Assembly (NCBI GenBank): GCA_965261025.1
Contig: OZ253438.1
Location: forward strand, 690,001-722,000
Direction of reading: 5' to 3'
DNA: 32,000 bases
Origin: Chlamydiales bacterium
GTDB lineage: Bacteria; Chlamydiota; Chlamydiia; Chlamydiales; SM23-39
Positions within the stretch are counted from its first letter, which is position 1, and each line of letters begins with the position of its first letter. Under the pieces are notes generated by a model, which ran no database searches, was not told the DNA's origin, and was given only the letters and a program-made list of their open reading frames with translations. Of this stretch, positions 22,766 through 30,620 are shown in pieces. The translations under genes and the position numbers were made by a program.

Positions 22766-23920
22766 TTATTCCTCTTCTTGAAAGCGGGCTTTGGTCTCTA
22801 CTTCTAAAAGGGGCTCTGCTTGCCTGCCATGATGCGACCTTTCCTGCAATCTTTTTGCACAAGGCATTACCCTTGTCCTTAAAGAAGAGATAGCCTGATT
22901 GTAAGCATCCACAGAGTGATTCACGGATTTTCCTAGCTTACTAAAATGGGAAGACATGGAAAGGAGTCTTTCATAAAGCTGTCTACCCAGCTCAGCAATT
23001 TCCTTGGCATTTTGAGAAATGCCCTCCTGTTTCCAAGACAGAGAAGCTGCTTTTAAAACAGATATGAGAGTAGTAGGAGTGGCAACTATCACATTATGCA
23101 AAAAACCAGTCTCTATGAGTCCTGGATCCTGTCGAACGGCTTCGGAAAAAAAAGCTTCTGAGGGTAAAAACAGGATAACGCACTCTGGAGTAGGGGAAAA
23201 ACCCTTCCAATATTCCTTATTAGAAAGCTCTTTCACATGCTGCCTTATGTGGGCTGCATGCTCTTTCATTTTTTTACTTTGTATTTCCTCTTCTCCACTT
23301 TCCAAGGCCTCTAAATAGGCATATAGAGGTGTTTTTGCATCTACTATAATCTGCCTTTGCCCTGGAAGATGTACTACTAAGTCTGGCCTTATTCTCCTTC
23401 CTTCCACTTCCTCAGTAGGCTCTTCCAAAAAATCGCAATATTTTTGCATTCCCGCAAGTTCTACCACCCTTTTCAAATGAAGCTGCCCCCAAGTTCCTCT
23501 AACCGAAGGAGACCTCAAGGCCTTACTTAAATTAATCGTCTCCAGCCTCAGAGCTTTTTCTGAAGCCATGAGATTTTTTAACTGTTCTTCCATTACCAAG
23601 TAGGCGCCTTCTCTTTTTTTTTCCAGTTCCCGATGTTCTTTCTCTAACTTTTCGATTGCCCCCTGTAGGGGTTCTACCAAATGCTTTACCGACTTATGAT
23701 GGCTTTCTAAATCAGTTTTAGCCCCTTCTTGATGAGTCTTAAAAAGCTCTTTAGCCAAGGAAAAAAAATGACTCTGCATTTTTTCCATAACTCCTAAAGA
23801 CTCTGCCTTAAAAAATTGCGGGAGATCTTCTTTTATTTTTTTTAATCCTCTCTGCATTCCAAGCCAGAAAAAACCGGCTAAAAGAAAAATAAACACCAAG
23901 AAAAAGGCAAAAAGGGCCAC
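22766..23920 (-). CDS. rmuC: DNA recombination protein RmuC
   Basis: An N-terminal TM helix and coiled coil are followed by the C-terminal RmuC nuclease-like core (RPDLVVHLPGQRQIIVDAKTPL.AY...). The GTG start shares 1 nt with the pssA stop. Confidence 0.85.
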   Translation of the reverse strand: MALFAFFLVFIFLLAGFFWLGMQRGLKKIKEDLPQFFKAESLGVMEKMQSHFFSLAKELFKTHQEGAKTDLESHHKSVKHLVEPLQGAIEKLEKEHRELEKKREGAYLVMEEQLKNLMASEKALRLETINLSKALRSPSVRGTWGQLHLKRVVELAGMQKYCDFLEEPTEEVEGRRIRPDLVVHLPGQRQIIVDAKTPLYAYLEALESGEEEIQSKKMKEHAAHIRQHVKELSNKEYWKGFSPTPECVILFLPSEAFFSEAVRQDPGLIETGFLHNVIVATPTTLISVLKAASLSWKQEGISQNAKEIAELGRQLYERLLSMSSHFSKLGKSVNHSVDAYNQAISSLRTRVMPCAKRLQERSHHGRQAEPLLEVETKARFQEEE

Positions 23921-24744
23921 TAATCCTCCCTGTCTGGCTCAAAATCTTTTAAGGCCTTTGATTTTTTTCCAAAAAATTTGCGCGCTAAGCTCAAGCTAAG
24001 ACCGACGAAAATATAACCCCAGGAGAAAAAAGCAAGTACCAAAGGAAAATAATGAAGCAAACCATAAAGAACAAAAATGGCTAAAACTACTGTGAGGAAA
24101 GCTAATTGAAAAGAGGGAAGTTTAAAATTTAAGACCTTCAAGGTGGGAAACTTTAGCTTGCTTACCATCAGATAACCCAAAAAAATCATAGCGCATCCTA
24201 AAATGAGCGGCTCATAAGTATATTCTACGCACCAGTTCTCCCGAACCCAGGGAAAGAGAAATAGCAAATTTATCGAAACAGAAGAAGCAGCTGCGGCTGT
24301 AATCGGAAGCCCTGTGAAAGGTTTATGTCCCTTTTTCTCTATCTTTTTAGGAACCAACATAGCTTGAACATTGTAGCGAACTAATCTGAGTACCCCACAA
24401 AGAGAAAATACCATAGCACCCATCGCTAGGAAAAAAGAGAAAAAAGTCCCCTGTTCTAAAGACACACTCTTTAAAAGAAGTACTGAAGGAGCCACCCCGA
24501 AGGAAACTGTGTCCGCCAAAGAATCGAACATAAAGCCAAAAGAACTTTCTACTCTAAAAGCCCTAGCAACAGCTCCATCTACAAAATCAGCAAAAGCAGC
24601 TAATACCAAAAGCAAGGAAGAAGTAAAAATTACCTGATAAGTACCCATTCCTGGCTCAATCATATTTACCTTGAAGACAACAAAAAGTCCGCAAGCCAAA
24701 CCAAATGCCGTAATAAGATTGGGAACTAAATGTACCCTCTTCAT
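23920..24744 (-). CDS. pssA: CDP-diacylglycerol--serine O-phosphatidyltransferase (CDP-alcohol phosphatidyltransferase family)
   Basis: The motif DFVDGAVARAFRVESSFGFMFDSLADTVSFG matches D-x2-DG-x2-AR-x8-G-x3-D-x3-D. ATG 24744 is preceded by GGGGAGAG. The TTG at 24783 is a less likely start. Confidence 0.9.
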   Translation of the reverse strand: MKRVHLVPNLITAFGLACGLFVVFKVNMIEPGMGTYQVIFTSSLLLVLAAFADFVDGAVARAFRVESSFGFMFDSLADTVSFGVAPSVLLLKSVSLEQGTFFSFFLAMGAMVFSLCGVLRLVRYNVQAMLVPKKIEKKGHKPFTGLPITAAAASSVSINLLFLFPWVRENWCVEYTYEPLILGCAMIFLGYLMVSKLKFPTLKVLNFKLPSFQLAFLTVVLAIFVLYGLLHYFPLVLAFFSWGYIFVGLSLSLARKFFGKKSKALKDFEPDRED

Positions 24745-24890
24745 AAATCTCTCCCCTACCTTCCCCCATTTTAGAAAAAGCAAACCAAAAAAAGCACGAT
24801 CTTCCTAATTTTAGAAAAAGCTTTCTTTGTTTCTTTTCTCCTTAAGAGGCGTATATTTTTTTTATTTTTTTGTGGACGAGAAACGAAAAA

Positions 24891-24939
24891 CTACCATATA
24901 TAGTGTGTAGATCCCGAAGCAACGTACTATATCTAGTAG
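24891..24939. promoter_or_regulatory. Tandem NrdR boxes (predicted NrdR operator) upstream of nrdA
   Basis: Box 1 is CTACCATATATAGTGT (24891-24906) and box 2 is GTACTATATCTAGTAG (24924-24939). Both fit the NrdR palindrome acaCwAtATaTwGtgt. They lie 33 bp apart start to start and about 85-130 nt upstream of the nrdA ATG. Confidence 0.65.
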
Positions 24940-25021
24940 AAAAGCAAATAAGTAGCTTAAACTGGGAAACTTAAAAAAATGGTCCTGAAAAGAGGACAAA
25001 AATCTTCAAATAAGGGGAAGT

Positions 25022-28000
25022 ATGGATTCAAAAACCGTCGAAAGTAAAGGAGAAGGGAAAGAAAAAAAACGGCTTACTAAGGAGCAAGTCACAGTAGTAA
25101 AAAGAAGTGGCGCCCTTGTTCCTTTTCAAGAAGAAAGAATTTATAAGGCTTTAGAAATGGCTTTTCGTGACACAAAAAAAATAGGAAAAGAAAGCCTTTT
25201 TCCCAAAGAACTAGAAGCTACCCTACAAAATATCTGCGAAAAAATCGTTTATCAACTTGTAAAACTAGCCCAAAAAGGCGCTTGTCTCACGGTAGAGGGA
25301 ATCCAAGATTTTGTAGAAGTCTTTTTGATGAAACAGGGTCATCATGACGTAGCCAGGGACTATATCCTCTACAGAGACTCGAGAAAACTGGAAAGGGAGA
25401 GCTCGATTCAAAATATAAAGGTCTTTAGACACGACCAAATTACCCAGGTTCGCTTTAATCCAATGAAGCTTACCCTTTCTATAGAGAGATGTTTTCAACT
25501 TGCCAAAACAAATAAAACCAAAGAAGAGATTTTAGAGGGAACCAATCTTATCGCACAAAAAATCATAGAGCATGCCTTGCAAGCTTCTAAAACAGGAACC
25601 CCTCTTTTTGTATATACCTTGCAAGATTGGATAGAGCAAGAACTCATGAAAGAGCAGTTTTTTCCTGAAGCCAAAGCGTTTATCCTATACAGAGCAGAGA
25701 AGGAAAAAACAGAACAAAAAATAGAAACATTCCCAGAAAAAGAGACAGAAAAACAATTTACCATCCTTACAAAAGAAGGGGCTCAAAAAACCGTTACAGA
25801 AAGACAACTCAGGGCTAAATTCCGTTTTGCCTGTAGAGATTTAGAAGGAGTCGATATAGAAGAGCTGGTGCATACCTCCTTACTTTCTTTCTATGAAGGG
25901 ATCAAGGAAAAGGAGCTAGATCTTTGTAATATTTTTTCTGCTCGCTCCAAAATTGAGAAAGATCCAGTTTACTCTAAAGTATCTGCTCGCTTGCTTCTAG
26001 ATCAAATTTACCAAGAAACTTTGGGAATTTCTTTTTCCGATCCTTCTTTGGAAAGAACTCACAGAAAATATTTTTCCAAATATATAAAAAATGGAATCTC
26101 CTATGAAAAACTCTCCCCTAAACTTCTTGATTTTGACCTAGAAAAACTCGCTTCTTCCTTAGTCTTACAAAGGGATGATCTCTTTCAGTATCTGGGACTA
26201 CAAACTCTTTATGATCGCTATTTCATTCACCATGAGGAAAAAAGACTAGAAACACCCCAAATTTTCTGGATGAGAGTTGCTATGGGATTGGCTCTTTTGG
26301 AGGAAAATAAGACAGAAAGAGCCCTTGAATTTTACCACGTACTCTCCTCCTTTTTGTTTGTTTCCTCTACACCTACCTTATTTAACGCAGGAACCCTCCA
26401 CTCTCAACTTAGCTCTTGTTATCTCTCTTCCGTGGAGGATGATTTAGTACATATCTTTAAAATTATCTCAGATGATGCCCAACTTTCTAAATGGGCAGGA
26501 GGAATTGGAAATGACTGGACTAATGTCAGAGCTACCGGATCTCGAATTAAAGGAACCAATGGCAAATCACAAGGAGTTATTCCTTTTTTAAAGGTGGCTA
26601 ATGATACTGCTGTAGCAGTCAACCAATGTTTTTCTCCAGAAACTCCTATTTTTACTCAAAGAGGAATCCTCCCTATTTCTAAAGTGAGACAAAAAGATCT
26701 CGTTTTAGGAATCAGTGGAACTTATCGAGAAGTACTCAATACTTTTGCCTACCCCCAAAAAGATCCTATGCTCGCCTTAGAGGTTCAATATTCTCTTCGT
26801 AAAACAGTGGTAACAGAAGCCCACCCTTTTTACGCTCTTTGTAATATCCCCGAGCAAGAAACAACGGAAAAAACAAGGGAAAAACTAAAACAAGGATCCT
26901 ACCAACCCAAATGGACTGAGGCAAAAAACCTCAAACAAGGGGACTATGTAGCTCAAGTGATCCCTCAAGAAATCGTAGCCCAAAGGGGGGTTGAAGAAGA
27001 GGACATGCGCTTTTATGGAATCTTTCTTGCACAAGGACATGTTTATGAAGGAGGGCAAAAATGGAGCCTTTCTGCAAATTCTCAAAGAGACTCTTACGTA
27101 AATTTCCTTCGAACTTACCTACAAAACCAAGCTATTTCTTATCAGGAAATCCCTCAAAAAGAGGGAGAGATAAGATTTTGTATAACCCCTGATCTGAAAA
27201 TATCCAAAGAGGGAACAGGGAATGAAAGTCTAGAGGTTTCCCCTTTTTTTACGCCTTTTACTAAAGATGATTTCTATTTTGAAAAGACAGGAAAGAAAAT
27301 AGCTCCTCGTTTTTCTCACCTTCCTCTTTCCCAAACTCTTGCTTTAGTGCAGGGACTTTTGGAAGCGAAAGAAGGTCTATCCGAAAAAGGAGAGATTTCT
27401 TTTTCAGACTCTTCTGAGGAACTCGTAGAAGGACTTCGCTATCAACTTCTTCGAATGAAAATCCCTTCCTCTATAGGAGAAGAAGACTCAAGGGCCCAGG
27501 AGAACTCTTCTTCCCTTTTTTCTTTAAAAGCTCTAGCAACAGGCCCTCTTGCTAAAAAGGAAGAGAATCCACTTTTGACGGAGGCAACCTGGTTTATCCA
27601 CGAAAATTTCCTTTTTAGTCCCATCAAAGCGGTCCTGCCCTCGCAAACAGCTCCTTTCGTATTCGATCTTCTTGTAGAAGGAGACGAATCTTACATGACT
27701 ACTTCTGCCTTAGCTCACAATGGAGGAAAACGAAAGGGGGCTATGTGCGCTTATCTAGAGACTTGGCATCTCGATATAGAAGATTTTTTAGAGCTTCGAA
27801 AAAATACAGGAGATGAGAGAAGAAGAACTCATGATATGAACACGGCGAACTGGATTCCAGATCTTTTTATGAAAAGGGTAGAAAAAGACGAAATGTGGAC
27901 TTTATTTGATCCTGCAGAAGTGTTTGACTTACATGATCTTTATGGGGAAGATTTTGAAAAAAGATACACCTTTTATGAAAAAGAAGCAGAAAAAGGAAAG

Positions 28001-29281
28001 ATAAAACTTTTCAAAAAGGTAGAAGCGCTCAAACTTTGGAGAAAAATGCTTAGCATGCTCTTTGAAACAGGTCATCCTTGGATCACTTTCAAAGACCCCT
28101 CTAACATTCGATCTCCTCAAGATCATGAAGGGGTAGTTCACTCCTCCAATCTTTGTACTGAAATTTTACTCAATACCTCGAGAAAAGAAACTGCGGTATG
28201 TAACCTCGGTTCTCTCAATTTAGCAGCTCACGTAACAGAAAAAGGACTAGAAGAGGAAAAACTAGCTTCCACAATAAAGACAGCCATTCGCATGCTAGAT
28301 AACGTAATCGACATCAATTTCTATCCCATTATAGAAGCAAAGAATGCCAACTTACGCCACCGCCCTATAGGCCTTGGGCTGATGGGATTTCAAGATGCTT
28401 TATATAAGTTGGGATATAGCTATGCTAGCTATGAAGCGGTTGAATTTGCAGATACGAGTATGGAGATGATCTCTTATTATGCCATTTTATCCTCTACTGA
28501 GCTAGCAGAAGAAAGAGGACCTTATGAAAGCTTTAAAGGCTCTAAATGGGATCGGGGTATTTTGCCGATTGACACTCTTTCCCTTTTAGAACAACAAAGA
28601 GGGGAAAAAATTGAGGTAGACCGCTGTTATAAGATGAACTGGAATTATATAAGGGAAAAGGTTCAACAAAGGGGTATGAGAAATAGTAATACTATGGCAA
28701 TTGCTCCCACAGCCACTATTGCCAATATTACAGGTCTTATCCCCTCTATTGAACCTGCCTACAAACATCTTTACGTAAAGTCTAACCTTTCCGGAGAGTT
28801 CACCATTATGAATTCTTTTTTAGTAAAAAAATTAAAGGAATTACAACTATGGGACCAGGAAATGATTGATGACCTAAAATACTTTGATGGTTCTGTTCAG
28901 GAAATCGAAAGAATCCCACAAGAAATCAAAGAGCTTTTTGCTACAGCTTTTGAAGTGGAGCCTGAGTGGCTTATCAAATGCGCTGCTAGAAGACAAAAAT
29001 GGCTTGATATGGGCCAGTCTTTAAATTTATACTTAAACCAACCTTCTGGGAAGAAAATGGATCATATGTACCGACTCAGTTGGAAATCAGGATTAAAAAC
29101 AACCTATTACCTCCGTTGTGTGGCTGCTACTCAGATTGAAAAGTCTACGTTAGACATCAATAAGGGAAGATCGGTTCAACCAAAATGGATGAAAAACAAG
29201 TCAGCTTCTAGCAATATCAAAATAGAAAGGGAAGCTCCAAAAGCATGTAATTTAGAAGAAGGCTGTGAAAGCTGTCAGTAA
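25022..29281 (+). CDS. nrdA: Ribonucleoside-diphosphate reductase alpha subunit (class I NrdA) precursor with three N-terminal ATP-cones, interrupted by a 365-aa intein
   Basis: Catalytic landmarks are intact: [15 protein letters not shown] (N/C/E), [16 protein letters not shown], and the C-terminal [11 protein letters not shown]. The three ATP-cone repeats span residues about 24-125, 132-227 and 246-331. The conserved loop AVAVNQ|GGKRKGA is split by the insert. Confidence 0.95.
26627..27721 (+). mobile_element. Intein (Hint domain + LAGLIDADG-type endonuclease domain) within nrdA
   Basis: The intein carries these blocks:
- Block A: [20 protein letters not shown].
- Block B: [11 protein letters not shown] (TxxH).
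- DOD-like motifs: [11 protein letters not shown] and [11 protein letters not shown], plus [22 protein letters not shown].
- Block F: [15 protein letters not shown].
- Block G: SALAHN.

Removing it restores ...AVAVNQGGKRKGA..., leaving a 1054-aa extein. Confidence 0.9.
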
Positions 29282-29300
29282 TAAATGAGGAGGATTAAAG

Positions 29301-30323
29301 ATGCGAAAACAGAGAGTAAAGGTTTCTGAGAAAAAGCTTCTTAACTGTAATAAAGTAGATGCGAACCAGCTTATGCCTTTAAAGTATAAATGGGCCTGGG
29401 AACATTACTTAAATGGGTGCGCCAATCACTGGATGCCTACAGAAGTTCCCATGAACAAGGATATAGAACTCTGGAAATCAAACGGTCTTTCTGAGGAAGA
29501 AAGAAGAGTGATCATGAGGAATTTAGGTTTTTTTGCCACAGCAGAGAGTTTGGTGGGAAATAACATTGTTCTAGCAATTTTTAAGCATGTGACCAATCCA
29601 GAAGTAAGGCAGTACCTTTTAAGACAAGCTTTTGAAGAAGCAATTCATACTCACACTTTCCTCTATATCGTGGAATCTTTGGGACTGGACGAGGGAGAAA
29701 TTTTCAACATGTACAATGAGGTAAATACCATCCATGAAAAAGACCGTTTTGAGATGCATCTGACAGAAGATATTTTAAGAGAAGATTTTTCGACAGAAAC
29801 CTTAGAAGGAACACAAAAATTTTTGGAGAACTTAATCGGCTATTACCTCATCATGGAAGGGATTTTTTTCTATAGTGGATTTGTAATGATCCTCTCTTTT
29901 TTAAGGCAAAATAAAATGGTGGGAATCGGAGAACAATTCCAATACATCTTAAGAGATGAAACGATTCACCTAAATTTTGGAATTGATCTTATTAATGGAA
30001 TCAAAGAAGAAAACCCAGGAGTTTGGACAGAAGCTTTTCAAAATCATATTGTAGAAAAAATTGATCAAGCTGTAGAACTAGAAATTCTCTATGCCCAAGA
30101 CTGTTTGCCTAAGGGAATTCTGGGACTTACTTCTGCTATGTTCCGAGAGTATGTGCAATATATTGCCGATCGTAGATTGGAAAGAATAGGGTTAAAGGCT
30201 CGCTACTTCTCTAAAAATCCTTTTCCTTGGATGAGTGAGACCATAGATCTAAATAAAGAAAAAAACTTTTTTGAAACCAGAGTTACTGAATATCAATCAG
30301 CATCTACTCTGGACTGGAACTAA
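29301..30323 (+). CDS. nrdB: Ribonucleoside-diphosphate reductase beta subunit, class Ic-type (Phe at the radical-Tyr position)
   Basis: The start is preceded by GGAGG. The metal-ligand blocks are FFATAESLV (Glu82), [12 protein letters not shown] (Glu113/His116, Phe120), [11 protein letters not shown] and [10 protein letters not shown]. Confidence 0.95.
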
Positions 30324-30326
30324 AAA

Positions 30327-30617
30327 ATGGTACGCAACCTGAAAAAAGATCCCGAGGAGTTTTATGCAAAGAAGTATACCCGCGACTTTTCCTCTTCTAA
30401 CGAGCTCTTACGTAAGGAGTTAGACGTGTTAGAGCAGGAGAAAAACTTGCTTTACCAAAGGATAGCAACTATTAAGGAAACGCTTTCTACTTTAGAGATT
30501 CATGATCCAGAATATGATTTTATACACTCTCAAATCCAAAGAGATGAAATAGAGCTTGATGAGATTGAAAAGAGAAAAGAGTTTCTTGTAACCCAGTTAA
30601 AAAAACTAAATCCATAA
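30327..30617 (+). CDS. Hypothetical small coiled-coil protein
   Basis: The 96-aa ORF starts 3 nt after the nrdB stop and ends 3 nt before the next ATG. The sequence is heptad-like and E/K/L-rich. No homology is recognised. Confidence 0.55.
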   Translation: MVRNLKKDPEEFYAKKYTRDFSSSNELLRKELDVLEQEKNLLYQRIATIKETLSTLEIHDPEYDFIHSQIQRDEIELDEIEKRKEFLVTQLKKLNP

Positions 30618-30620
30618 AGT

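Noticed and set aside
23019-23318. Plus-strand 99-aa ORF inside rmuC
   Set aside because: It is antisense to a well-supported RmuC ORF.
24745-24783. TTG 24783 as the start of pssA
   Set aside because: ATG 24744 has a GGGGAGAG SD, and the conserved N-terminus (VHLVPNLIT) follows directly.
24784-25021. Riboswitch or structured leader upstream of nrdA
   Set aside because: No conserved riboswitch core (for example a B12 box) is recognisable. The only structure seen is a 5-bp GTCCT/AGGAC hairpin near the RBS. The NrdR boxes are sufficient to explain the conserved palindromes.
25265-28768. Seven antisense ORFs of 60-89 aa inside nrdA (25265-25498, 25495-25764, 26419-26622, 26885-27085, 27442-27627, 27929-28141, 28586-28768)
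   Set aside because: All are embedded antisense in a 1419-aa ORF with unambiguous RNR homology. None has a recognisable motif. Such ORFs are expected by chance in a long gene.
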